A stretch of 64,000 nucleotides of DNA from Lama guanicoe (Eukaryota), in assembly GCA_013239625.1 (NCBI GenBank), contig MU053934.1, forward strand, positions 7,086,399-7,150,398, in the 5' to 3' direction. Below the pieces are notes generated by a model. That model had not been told where the DNA came from, did no database searches, and saw only the letters and a list, made by a program, of their open reading frames with translations. The first letter of the stretch is position 1; each line of letters starts with the position of its first letter. A program made the translations under genes and the position numbers. Positions 52,101 to 63,281 of the stretch are shown here, one piece after another.

Positions 52101-55100
52101 TAACAGAGCTTCACCAAAATGGAGTCCTCAGGATTTCCATGTAGCATCCAAACTCAGAGAGCAACAAAAAGTAAGGAGCCTGAGCTCACCTCATTCATCA
52201 TTTCCTCAGGAGCACTTCTTATGCATATTAGAATGAACTACGGGAAGGATATAGCTCAGTGGTAGAGCATGTGCTTAGCATACACAGCATACACGAGGTC
52301 CTGGGTTCAATCCCCAGTACCTCCATTTAAATCAGTAAATAAATAAATAAATACCTGAATCCACCCCCCCCAATTAAAATAAAATAAATTGGAGGGAGGG
52401 TATAACTCAAGTGGTAGACAGTATGCTTAGCATGCGTGAGATCCTAGGTTCAATACCCAGTATCTCCTCTAAAAATAAATAAATGAATAAACTTAATTAC
52501 CTATGCCTCAAAAAAAATAAATAAAAAGAAAATTTAAAAATAGAACAAACTCTCCTATTAATCTCTACTCCTCAAAAACTTTCAAAATTATTTTAAAATA
52601 CAAAGTTAGCCAGGCATTATGTACACAACTAAAGGTCAATGAAGGGCTTTCCTACCCAGACCTACATACAGACTTTATCTTATCATATTAACCAGTGAGA
52701 AACATAAGACATTCCATCTTTTGGTAGCATTACTTTCTAAATTGTACAAAAATACATGATGCTTTTAGATAAGTTTTCTTAAAAGTCGTTTTCTGGGTAA
52801 ATTTTAATCATAGATTATAGATCCTCTGTTTTTAGAATTATACTTAAGAGACCTAGTAAGAATAAAATTTTATTTTTTCTTACAAAGATGAGAATGTGCT
52901 TTAATAGGAAAAGATAGCATAAACCACAAACAACCAGATTAAAATTTATAGTCCTAATGAGAGAATAACATCATTACATTTCAAGTGTAAAAAAGACATC
53001 CATGGAAATTTTCCTTTTCCTCACTTTCTTTTAGATCTGTAGTGTAGTCACGTAATCTGCTCCCAACCTCCTGCAAGTCTATTATTACATGATGAAAACA
53101 CCTGGGACATTTCTAATAGTTTAGTTATTTTTCACCAAAGCAAATGCTTTCCAATTAATGTGGTGTAATGTACACTAACTTCAGGTTATAATTCCCTGAT
53201 GATGAGAAATTAGAGATTAAATTCACCTATGATAAAATCAGAAAGAGAAAGAAACGTTAAGATTTCTTGAGTGACTAGGAACGGTGTGGCTGCTCTGACT
53301 TCTGCTTGTGCTGGAAAGTAAACCAGCAAATCAAAAGCATCCACAGCAACTTCGCTGGGTACACAGATGGCTGCATTTCACAGTCATCAACCTGGCTGAA
53401 GGAGAACAGCATTTTTCGCTTAAATAAATCTCATTAACAGATTACATGATGCCATATTATTCTGTAAGTTCTAGGCAGAAGGCAAAGACAGGATTCATTT
53501 TTCTTGATTAAATATCACTCTCTAAATCAGAATATAGGGTAATGCATATCACCTAAAGCAGCCTTTGCTGGTACATTAAGACCTTCCACGCTTGGTCCTT
53601 GTTCTGGTCCACCTGAAAGTTAAAAAATATTGATATTAATGTAGAAAACTGACTCACCAAACGTGCTTTTGAATATGTAATACATTCCATTTGCTCAGGA
53701 CTGCATACCTTATCCAATTCTGTCAATGGTTGCCTTTTTTTCAAGCTCCTTATTCTATCATTTTAAGAGTTTTGAATTAAAAGCCCATTAAAATAAAAGT
53801 GTACTTTGTATCCAGTTGCTTTGTAGAATAAAAATGTTAGTGGTCTCCTTCACCAATATCATTTGGAATTCTACCTTACGATCTAGTGCTTTAAAGTAAG
53901 CTGTTCTGAGACACCTAGTACATATGTGGACCATACACCCAATATATATTAACACTTGGAAATTCTAATACTAATTATATCAATGATAAGACACTTAAAT
54001 TTTCAGTTGGAAAGAAACCTGCTCTGTTTTCTAGTTTACCTAAAAAATGAGCCTGGTTAGGAATTTCATCAAGGTTTTTTCTTAATTTTAAATTTTATTC
54101 ATTACTTTAAAAATAGATAAACAAAATGTAGTATATTTATGCAATAGCATATTATTTGGCCACAAAAAGAAAATAAATACTGACACAAGCTACAACATGG
54201 GTGAACCTTGAAAAAATTACACTCAGCACAAGAAGCAGTCACAAAAGATCACGTATTATGATTCCACATATATGAAGTGTCCAGAAGAGGCAGATCCTTA
54301 GAGACAGAAAGCAGACTAGTGGCTGCCAGGGGCTGGGGGCAGGGGCAGGGGCAGGGAGAGAGTGGGGAGTGACTGCTAATGGATAGTGGTTCCTTTTGGG
54401 GCTGCTGAAAATGCTAGGAAATTAGGTAGCAGTGATGGTAGCACAACCTTCTGAATATACTAAAACCCACAAAATTGTACACTGTAAAAGGGTGGACTTT
54501 ATGGTGTGCAAATTATATCTCAATAAAGCTGTTATTTTTAAAATGGCAAGTCCAAATGGGGGGAGGGTATAGCTCAAATGGTAGAGCACACGCTTAGCAT
54601 GCATGAAGTCCTGGGTTCAATCCCCAGTATCTCCTCCAAAAATAAACCTAATTATCCCCCCAAAATAAAATAATTAAATAATAAATGAATAAAAAAATAC
54701 AAAAATATAAAATGTTTAAAAAAATATTAAAAAAAAAGGCAAGCCCAAGAGTGGTTTAGAGGGAACTCAAGTATTCTATTTTTATAAATCCGTGAAAAGG
54801 TAAACGTCAGTTAAGGCATTTAAATAGGCAAAGCAGGATGAGTGAGAAGATGACACTCTGTAGAAAAAGAGCTGACAACACGTTTGTTAATGACCTGCGA
54901 TGGGCCAGGAACTGCTCTGGGCACTGGAGAGACAGCGGTGAACAAGAACACAGAAGTGGAGTATTTCAGGCCACATATTCTACTTGTTAAAACTCTTTTG
55001 TTCTCTCCTTTTCATTGTGTAATCCTGAAACTTACTCAAGACTGTGCCTTGTCATTCGATGCTAACAGATGAAATTCTAGGTTAAGCCTTGAGATAACAA

Positions 55101-58100
55101 GTCTCCCTAACTCTCCACTGCTTAGGAAAAATTTCAGAGGGAGAAGAAAGAGGAAAGTTGTTGCAGGTGCAGAAGGAGATGGAATTCTAAACAACAAAAC
55201 CTTTCAGGAGAAATTCTTCAGCTAAGAATGCAGATTCTAATAGATTTACAAGAATAAAATCTTGTTCTGTATTTAGTGATCTTAGTTTTCTGTTAGTAAA
55301 AGAAGCTGAGACATCTGGGCTTCAGAAGTTACTAGGACTTCCTGTGGCAGGTAACCTTCAATCTCAGAAGGCCTTTTATGCTAATAAGTTGTCATAGTAA
55401 CAATATTCAAATTATCACCTGTACTTGCAGAGGGTACAAAGCCCACCTTTTCTCTAGTCAGGAGAGTGTCGGAATTGTTTTTTTTTCTTCTCTCCTTTGG
55501 ATAATGAGCAACTGATCAATAGCTCAAGGAGTTTCCTTAAGAAAAGTCTCTCTGGGGGAGTGCGCAGCCCAGGAAAGAGACACACGATGAACATTCAAGC
55601 TAACGGACATGGTGATTCCCAGAGCTGAGATGTGCTGCACAAGAGGAAGACAATATACATGAACATGGCTGTGGCGGGACATGCCTCTCTGAGGAGAGGA
55701 CTCGGAGCTGGGACCAAAGAAGAGGCGGCCACGTGACGACCAGAGGCAAGATTTCCATTCCAAGTAAAAAAACAGAAAGCAAACAGAACCAAAGGGCCAG
55801 CACAGTGCAAGCCTCAGAAATAAAAAAACGCAACTCCACCGAGAAATGTGTAAACGTCTTCTCTGCAGGCATTTAGAGTCACATGCATAAAAAAAGAAAT
55901 ATGAAAGAAAACTCACTGGTTGCAAATCATACAAAAACCAGCCATGTCGCGGTTGTTTGCAAGGAAAGAAAATTTTGTCCATATATGAATTGTAAATGTT
56001 TATCACTGGTCTTTAAAGCCCATCTTTGGAACAGAAATGTTACATTTCTGGTGGCTGGATTTATTAATGAGGCTTGAATATGCAGGAAGGCTTCCCCATC
56101 CAGGATGACAGAACAGCCCTGCCCGCATGTCTTCCAGTACCTTCATGCTTTCATGTTTTATACTTAACTCTCCAATCCACCTGAATTTAGCTTGGTGTAA
56201 AGAATAAAGAAGGAATTCTGCCTTGTTTTACTATTTTTTCCAAAATGCTGGACACTCGTCCCAACTCCACTCATTGTTCCCCAGGATGCAAAATGTTCCT
56301 ATCCTGATTCACTGACAGTCCTACTCCTGGACCAGTAAAATGAAAAACAGGCGCCTGAAAATCTGCTGTTTGATGGCATCTCAGACACTCCCACTCTTAC
56401 ACCTGTAATTCAACACAAATGAAATGACTTCATTTCTCACCACAAGCTCCCTGACTCCACTCTCACGCAGAGCTGAATTTACAAGAATAAAATCTTGTTT
56501 TACACTTAGCTACCTCCGTTTTTCTGTTAATAAAACCAACTGAGAGTCTCTTCGTGGACTCTTTACTTGATAAATGCCAATTATTCTCCAGCCCTCCAGC
56601 AAAATCCTTGCCAGAAACTGCCTCAGCTCTATCACCCAGTCTTAAGGTTGGCGACTGTCCAGTCCTTCCTGCTACACTAAGTTCCTCAAAGCGGTTCCAG
56701 GTTCAACTCACACGAGCCAGCACTTCCGAGGGTCCCACCCACAAGTTCACTGCTTAGTCGTCAAATGTTAACGTTTTTGTTGTTAATTCACACTAACATT
56801 CTGGGTAACAAAGAATGCTCAGTTTTAAAACAGAAAGTGTTTTGATCCATGTTATATCACATGAGCAATTTTTTAAATGTAAGCAACTGATGTAAGTATG
56901 TTTACAATAAATGTAATCCTATAATAAAGCTGCCAAATGTTAATCGTTAGATATCAACTATTTACAGAATAGTTTTTTAAATTGAGATCTTGTTTCCTGA
57001 TTTTAAAAGTAACATATACTTATTATAAAAGTTCAGTCACTTCAAAACTATATTAAGTTTAAAGTAAAAATCCTCAGTAATTTCATTCTCCAGTGAGCAA
57101 TGTGATGTTAACTGTGTGTATGATTTTGGTCTTGTTTTTTACAAACATGAGATCATATTCCATGTTCAGCAATCTTTCATCCCCACTTTATAATCGATCA
57201 TGGGCATCTTTCCCTGTTAAATGTGAGGGTCTCATCTTCTAGTAGTTTCATGGCATGCCAGTGAAGCGTAGGACAAGTAACAGGCCACTTCTCAGGGCTA
57301 CCTTCACTGTCTGCTGGAGCAGCATCCACGTCCCGCGGTGTCAGGGATGGTTCGGGTTGTGCTGATGCCCACCCTGGGCCACTCACCTGAAGTGAGGGGA
57401 GAAAAGTCATTGGCAGCAGAGCAAGAAAAGTCTTAAGAAACAAATCAGAACAGGGTTGGAAAACCTAGTAATTTAGACAGTCACCTTCTGAGTACCTGGA
57501 TTAGTGGGAAGGAAGGATAATATTAAAAATTATCTATTCTTAAGATACCTGCACCCCAGTGTTCACAGCAGCACTGTATACAGCAGCCAAGACATGGAAA
57601 CAACCTAAATGGCCATCAAAAGATGATTGGATAAAGAAGTTGTGGTATATTTATACAATGGAATACTACTCTGCCATAAAAAGAATAAAATAATGCCATT
57701 TGCAGCAACATGGATGGACCTAGAGATCGTCATTCTAAGTGAAGTAAGCCAGACAGAGAAAGAAAAATAACTCGCAGACAAACAATCTTATGGTTACCGG
57801 GGAAGTGGGGTGGGAGGGGATAAATTTGGGAGTTTGAGATTTACAAATGTTAACCACTATATATAAAAATAGATTTTAAAAAAGTTTCTTTTGTATAGCA
57901 CAGGGAACTATGTTCAATATCTTGTTATAACGTTTAATAGAAAAAAATATGAAAATGAATATATACATGTATATGCATGATTGGGACACTGTGCTGTACA
58001 CCAGAGACAGACACATTGTAACTGACTGTACATCAATAAAAAATAAATAAAATTAAAAAAATAAAAAATTATCTATTCTTAAGTCTCTGTTTCAATGCTC

Positions 58101-59206
58101 AAATTCCTCAGTTTTCTTTTTTTAAATAAAAACTTTATTGCACAATGATTTCAGACTTACACAAACGTGGCAAAGATGATAGTTTCCACATACTCTTCAC
58201 CCAGCTCCCTCTAATGTTAAAATACCCAGGGTACATTTGTCCAAACTGAGAGTTATCATTGGTACAATATCAGCTAAACTCCAGACTTTATTCGATTTCA
58301 TCGATTTTCCCACCAATGTCCCTTTTCTGTTCCAGGACCCACTCAGGAGCCCGCACTGCACCCGTCACGTCCCCTCAGTCTCCTCTGCTTGGTCACCGTT
58401 TCTCAGACTTCCCTTGTTTTGGGGACCTTGAAACTTTTGAAGGGGACTGATCAGGTGTTCTGAAGAAAGCCCCTCTGGTGGGTTTGTCTGATGTTTTCTC
58501 ACAACCAGACTAGGCCTGAGGGAAGAATACCAGAGAGGCAGCTCACTGCCTCCCGCCTACACGACTGAGCACCGGTGACGCCAGCTCCCATCCTTGGTGA
58601 GGGTGCTGCCTGCCCGTCTTTGCCCTGCAAAGTCACCGTTCTCCCCTTTCCATCCTCCAAGTCCTGGGAGGAGAGTCACTAAGTCCAGCGACATGCAAGG
58701 GGAAGGGGAGGGGTGGAGACGTATATGTATGACTTGGAATTTTTCTCTATGGGAGACTGTGCCCCCCACACACTTATTCAATCGTCTATTTATAACAGTA
58801 TGGACTCATGGATATTTATTTATTCTTTGGATTACAGCCAAAAGGTCATTATCTATTTTGTTGTTCAGATTGTTTCCACTTTGACCGTTGGGACCTCTTT
58901 CAGGCTGGTTCCTGAGTCCTTTAGACACGTGCGCATCCACTCCCTCAGCCCCGGCCTCCTAGCACATCCCGACCTCTCGCTCTATAAGGTGCTCCAGGCT
59001 CACCCGCCCCAGGAGCCCCAGTCCTAGGATCTGCCATCTCTTCACAGGTAGCCCTGGTTCCTCTTACTGGAGAATGGCATTCAGAAACCAAGATACGGGT
59101 GTTGGGTGTGACTGTTGTGCGGGGAATCCTGTCTCTGGGCCTCTTAGTGGACAGAGCTAGGTAATATACTTACGTGTGTACACACACATCTATAATTAGT
59201 TCTCCA

Positions 59207-59241
<35 letters not shown>

Positions 59242-61677
59242 CACACACATGCGTATATATACCAACTTAGGGACACACTAAAGTGAACTAATGCATACTA
59301 ATGTCTCCAACTCTAATCCACACCAAACTGTTCATCTCTCCCCTCTTTTTAGCCCATCATTTCTATTGTTAACATTTCTCCGCTACTAATCACAGATATT
59401 CTATATCCAGCTCTGTATTAAACACCAGCAGCAGATCACAACAGAGCGCCTTATGTTTTCTTCTTGTTCTGTTCCCATCTTGTTTGATTACTGCTTTGAG
59501 TAACTATTGACTCTGTCAATAATAACATGCACGTAATATACAAATTATATTAGCCAAAAAAAACAAGGTTTAGCAATTTCTAACAACTTCACGCAATTTT
59601 TACTTGAAAATTAGTTAAAGAAGGACTGAACAGCAGTTAAGCAGATACTGCCCCTACCCCAGCAGGACTGGAGGAGGCAGGGCCGCTAACAGAACATCCG
59701 AGGCTCTGAGCCTGGGCTCGCACACATTTCCTCACAGGCCCAGTTAGTAAATATTTTAGGCTTTGCAGGTCTTATGTTCCTTGATCTAAGCGGTTTGGGG
59801 AAAATCTACAAAAGGACCATGGATTATTGTTACTGGCACTGTCGGACTACAACGATGAGGCTAAGGAAACAGCACTTGTTGAAGGCTTCCTCTGTGCTAG
59901 ATACCAGTGCCTTTCCTCTGTGTTAACTCATTTCATCCTCACAGTAACCTTGAGATATGTTCTACAGACACAGCGAGATCAGGGAGATGAGATTCAATCT
60001 CCTTTTAGAATCTGTCTTCATTCTTTGTCAATCCTAAAGCTCTGAGCTGCAGGAAGACTGGTAGGCGGGCTTTCTCAGCCTCCCAGGGAGCGAGGAACAG
60101 GGGATGGGATACCTTCCAGCCAGCAGTGTGTGGGCAGAAGTGCCATGTGGTGTGCTACCCCTGGACTGTGAAAGATAGGGCACTTGCTTTCCTGATGTCT
60201 GCCCTCCTCCCACTGGCTGGGAAAGGTCATAAACTGGAGCAGCCACTCTGGACCCTGAGACGGAGCCACACAAAGAGAACAGCAAAATAAATACCTCGGT
60301 CAACCCTGGACAGCTGACCCCTGAACTGCTGGTGGGAAATTAATTTCTACGTGAAGTGACTATATTTCAGGTTGCCTGCTGTAGCCGCTTAGCCTGCTAC
60401 CTAATGGAAACATTTTAAATATATGCCCTTTATAACTTCATGTTTATAATTTTACATCTGAGAAGCATACTTTAAAATTATGTAGAGTGTAACACATACC
60501 TCAGGAGAAGCATGGGAGGCAAAAAAATCTTCCTCCTTCGGTGGCGGCGACAAAGGCGGAACCACACAACTGTCGAGCCACAGCTGGAACAAAATCACAA
60601 GTGCTGCTCAGCACCTCACCTGCTCTAAAGGGTTTTATTTAATACCCTTCACTCCTTTTCTAGAGACAGATTTGCTAATGATTCGTACTTTCCATTACTG
60701 TAAAGTCAGTAACAGGCCCACACGGGGCCCTGAGCACATCTTCGTAATGTATCAAGCCAGTAACTTCCAGGACAAACCTTCTGGAAGATAAACACCAGCT
60801 CCCAAGTCATTTCTGAGAAGGAAAGACGAGCTTCACACCTGCTAAGTGCAGGCTCCAAAGTACAGCCGAGCCTCGTCATCTGGATTCCGTATTTGCGAAT
60901 TCGCCTACTTGCTACAATTTACTTGTAGCCCCCCTGCCTGCCATCCTGCGGGGACCCCTGCAAAGCAGCGGAGAATCTGTCCCCCGAGGTGAACGTTCCC
61001 AGCTGAGGCTGAACAAGGCAACGTCCTGCCTCATGTTTCAGCTCCTGCTGTCCTTTCTGCAGTCTATTTAGCGACACGCTTTCCATGTTTCTGTGCTTTT
61101 TGGTGGTGATCTTATTGTTTAAAATGGGCCCCGAGTGCAGCGAAGCACCCCCTCGTGTCCCCAGACACACGAAGGCTGTGACCAGCCTTACAGAGAAGAC
61201 ACAGCCTTCACTCAGCTTCACTCAGCAGGGGCTGTAGTGCTGTTGGCCATGAGTTTAGTGTTACTGAGTCAACAACAGATACTAAATAAGGTGTCTTTAA
61301 ACAGAAATACACGTAAAAAAGGCTACGGGGTGAGTATTGACTGTATTTCCGCAGGAGAGGGGCCGCAGCACGCACTGCTCCGTGTTCACAGGACCTCGCT
61401 GAGAGTGACCGTGAACCCATCATACGTTCTTCCTCATAAGAGAATCGGCTGGAACGTTCTACTGTTTGGGATGAAAGCCCCCTTCTCCACCGCGATGAGG
61501 GTCTGTGTGAAAGGACCCCCACCCCCACGGCCCCGCAGCGCTTACATCAGTGCCGTGCTTCCGGGTTGCCTGGGAGGCCAGCGACTTGATTCTCTCCCTG
61601 TAGAGCTGGGCCGCGCGGCTGTTGTACTTGGCATTGGTGTCGTTGGTGGCACACCCGTGTTGATGGAAGAAGGAAGA
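28132..61677 (-). CDS. ARFGAP3: ADP-ribosylation factor GTPase-activating protein 3, spliced CDS of the last 13 exons (exons 4-16 by human numbering); 5' exons outside the window
   Basis: 13 GT-AG-bounded exons join in frame (1290 nt, 429 aa + TAA), reading SSFFHQHGC...[13 protein letters not shown]...SLRLAYKD...AISSDMYFG...SISSADLF...VMTSIQDRYGS*, matching the recalled ArfGAP3 sequence including the two ISSxxxF Glo3 motifs. Confidence 0.97.
28950..29107 (+). mobile_element. tRNA-derived SINE with TSD
   Basis: TSD agaatgtgg(t/c)ttctg at 28935-28949 and 29108-29122. Confidence 0.9.
29578..29699 (-). CDS. ARFGAP3: ARFGAP3 exon 15 (122 nt): (G)[40 protein letters not shown]
   Basis: gtgcag acceptor, CAG|gtcagt donor. 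Confidence 0.96.
35973..36063 (-). CDS. ARFGAP3: ARFGAP3 exon 14 (91 nt): [30 protein letters not shown](G)
   Basis: cgctag acceptor, CAG|gtaatg donor; second Glo3 motif. Confidence 0.97.
37041..37164 (-). CDS. ARFGAP3: ARFGAP3 exon 13 (124 nt): (R)[41 protein letters not shown]
   Basis: ctgtag acceptor, GAT|gtaagt donor; first Glo3 motif. Confidence 0.97.
37960..41085 (+). mobile_element. Older LINE-1 (ORF1, endonuclease region, internal deletion, C-terminus and L1MA-like 3'UTR) in ARFGAP3 intron 12, antisense to the gene
   Basis: [31 protein letters not shown]1 text near 38530; EN-like sequence 39410-40250; ORF2 3' end from about 40260. Confidence 0.85.
41845..41976 (-). CDS. ARFGAP3: ARFGAP3 exon 12 (132 nt): (R)[43 protein letters not shown](R)
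   Basis: tcacag acceptor, AG|gtagga donor. Confidence 0.96.
47015..47137 (-). CDS. ARFGAP3: ARFGAP3 exon 11 (123 nt): (S)[40 protein letters not shown](R)
   Basis: tttctcaag acceptor, AG|gtaatc donor. Confidence 0.96.
47457..47767 (+). mobile_element. MER2/Tigger-type DNA transposon
   Basis: cagtcatccctcagtatcc...aaatcatctctagattac...gaacccatggat..caactg. Confidence 0.75.
47883..48011 (-). CDS. ARFGAP3: ARFGAP3 exon 10 (129 nt): (I)[42 protein letters not shown](S)
   Basis: tggcag acceptor, AG|gtatgt donor. Confidence 0.96.
49310..49439 (-). mobile_element. tRNA-derived SINE with TSD
   Basis: TSD taaaag(g/t)gtg(t/c)acttt. Confidence 0.85.
50201..50425 (+). mobile_element. Young L1 3'UTR tail with TSD
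   Basis: TSD aaaaccc(c)agctaa on both sides; A tail. Confidence 0.8.
51159..51301 (-). CDS. ARFGAP3: ARFGAP3 exon 9 (143 nt): [47 protein letters not shown](I)
   Basis: ttctag acceptor, AT|gtaagt donor. Confidence 0.96.
51885..51931 (-). CDS. ARFGAP3: ARFGAP3 exon 8 (47 nt): (E)[15 protein letters not shown]
   Basis: tcacag acceptor, GGA|gtgagt donor. Confidence 0.95.
52242..52540 (+). mobile_element. Two head-to-tail tRNA-derived SINEs
   Basis: Heads at about 52242 and 52391; flanked by tagaatgaact / tagaacaaact. Confidence 0.88.
53553..53612 (-). CDS. ARFGAP3: ARFGAP3 exon 7 (60 nt): (G)[19 protein letters not shown](E)
   Basis: tttcag acceptor, TAG|gtgata donor. Confidence 0.95.
   Translation of the reverse strand: MDQNKDQAWKVLMYQQRLL
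54100..54540 (+). mobile_element. L1MB-like 3'UTR
   Basis: gctacaacatgggtgaaccttgaaaa...aattatatctcaataaagctgtt. Confidence 0.75.
54558..54737 (+). mobile_element. tRNA-derived SINE with TSD
   Basis: TSD ggcaag(t/c)ccaa. Confidence 0.88.
57302..57386 (-). CDS. ARFGAP3: ARFGAP3 exon 6 (85 nt): [28 protein letters not shown](G)
   Basis: cttcag acceptor, AAG|gtagcc donor; phase 0->1 fits neighbours; diverged linker. Confidence 0.9.
57545..58063 (+). mobile_element. L1 3' fragment with 20-bp TSD
   Basis: aaaaattatctattcttaag at 57525-57544 and 58064-58083. Confidence 0.9.
58130..59325 (-). mobile_element. Ancient L1MC-like 3'UTR
   Basis: cagactttattcgatttc, tggactcatggatatttattt, ctggttcctcttactggagaatgg motifs. 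Confidence 0.65.
59209..59249. repeat. (GT)n microsatellite followed by (AC)n
   Basis: Direct reading. Confidence 0.9.
60500..60583 (-). CDS. ARFGAP3: ARFGAP3 exon 5 (84 nt): [28 protein letters not shown]
   Basis: ttccag acceptor, GAG|gtatgt donor. Confidence 0.96.
60863..61451 (+). mobile_element. Tigger4-like DNA transposon
   Basis: cagccga...tcggctg inverted termini; ggattccgtatttgcgaattcgcctacttgcta. Confidence 0.7.
61546..61677 (-). CDS. ARFGAP3: ARFGAP3 exon 4 (132 nt): [44 protein letters not shown]
   Basis: ctgcag acceptor, GAT|gtaag donor; C-terminal part of the ArfGAP domain. Confidence 0.96.
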
Positions 61678-63149
61678 CTGCAGAGGAAAGTACGTGGGGA
61701 ACAGCAACACTGCATTAACCAACATGTGATCAAAAATGTTACTGCATGTTACGAATGATTTTTTGAACAAACTAGTGAAAACCAAAATAATTTAAATCAT
61801 GAAAAATTTGAAAACACATTTTTCCTTCTAAAAGGGGTAATACCCCCACAGACCTGGGATTGATCATCTGGTGAAAGTGGACATGAGACTTGCATTAGCA
61901 AATGAAATCACTGGCCCGTCTTTGCTCCACTGAACCACCTCCGCCGTCCTGAATGTTATTTAGGGGGATGCTCTCCACTCAGGGCTACTTTTAACTCATG
62001 AGGGATTCATTTCAATTTGGATTCCAGTAAACTGGAATTTCTGACAAGCGGGTCAGGAGCCATACTCTCATCTTCTTCAGCACTATTTCCTCATTAGGGG
62101 AGACCACAGCACAGGCATGGTGATAAAAAAGATGTTTAAACAATCAGAGAAAACTGCTTTCAAACGCCTCTCAAAGGTTCCATGTACAGTCATGAATTAT
62201 AGTGTTCACATCTTAAAATAAAGCAAGTGTTTTAAAAACCTGTGTGAGCAATTCTTTTATTAACCCAACTGGATGAAAAATGGTACAGAGCACACACAGG
62301 TACCAGATCCTAAGTCCTCTGCGGGCACCACCCCACTAAATCATCAGAGCAACACTATCAGTCACAGTTTACAGACGGGGAAACTGAGGCAGCAGGTGGA
62401 CAGCTTGCCCAACGTCACATGGGTGAGTAAGGAGCAGGGCTGGCACTCAGACCCAAGCAGGATGGTCCCCGTTCCGCTGCTTGAGCCCAATAACCACTGA
62501 CTGACCCCTCCCCACCCCAGTCCCCCGACCTCCGCTGGCTGAGATGAGAAAGCTGCTCTCTGGAGATGGGTGGGGGCCTCTGCAACCTTAGGAAGGCTTA
62601 GAAATGAGGACAGATACAATCAAACCCACGGTTTAGGTTGGAGAACAAGTTTGTGGACATAATGACAATGGGCAGGGGTTTCGAATAACATGCTTGAAAT
62701 ACTTAAGGCACGCATTCTCAACAGGGGACAAAAATTGTTTCTTGGAAAGTGAAAAAAAAAACAACTTAGTTATTACAGTAGCTTGGAGCCTTCCAAAGAT
62801 CACTCGTACTGACAAAATCATATTCCTTAGTATTTAATTTCTCTCACTATGGAAAAAATGAATCTAATTTAAGTTTAAAATAAGCTAATTGATTAATTTA
62901 AATTCAATTTTTCTGCTTAGGGAACAATAATATGGTATTTTGAAAACTACTATTTTAGATTTACAATTTTAATTTTAAATATTTAACTGATACAGATATA
63001 ATTTTGATTTGAAATGTGTGCAAATTTGATTTCTTGTACTTTGAATGTTTAATGGCATGTCTGAAGGAATTCTGCTTACTCAATCTACACTATTTTGGCA
63101 TACCATTATAAATATATTTTTGTATTTTATAAATATGTAATGGTATTTT

Positions 63150-63281
63150 TGTTTGTTTGGTTTTTTTGAGGTGGGAGGTAATTCGGTTTATTCATTTCAT
63201 TTATTTATTTTTAATAGAAGTACTGGGAGTTGAACCCAGGCCTAAGCATGTGCTCTACCACTGAGCTATACCCTCCCTACC
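63150..63281 (-). mobile_element. tRNA-derived SINE with TSD
   Basis: TSD taa(t/c)ggtatttt. Confidence 0.85.
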
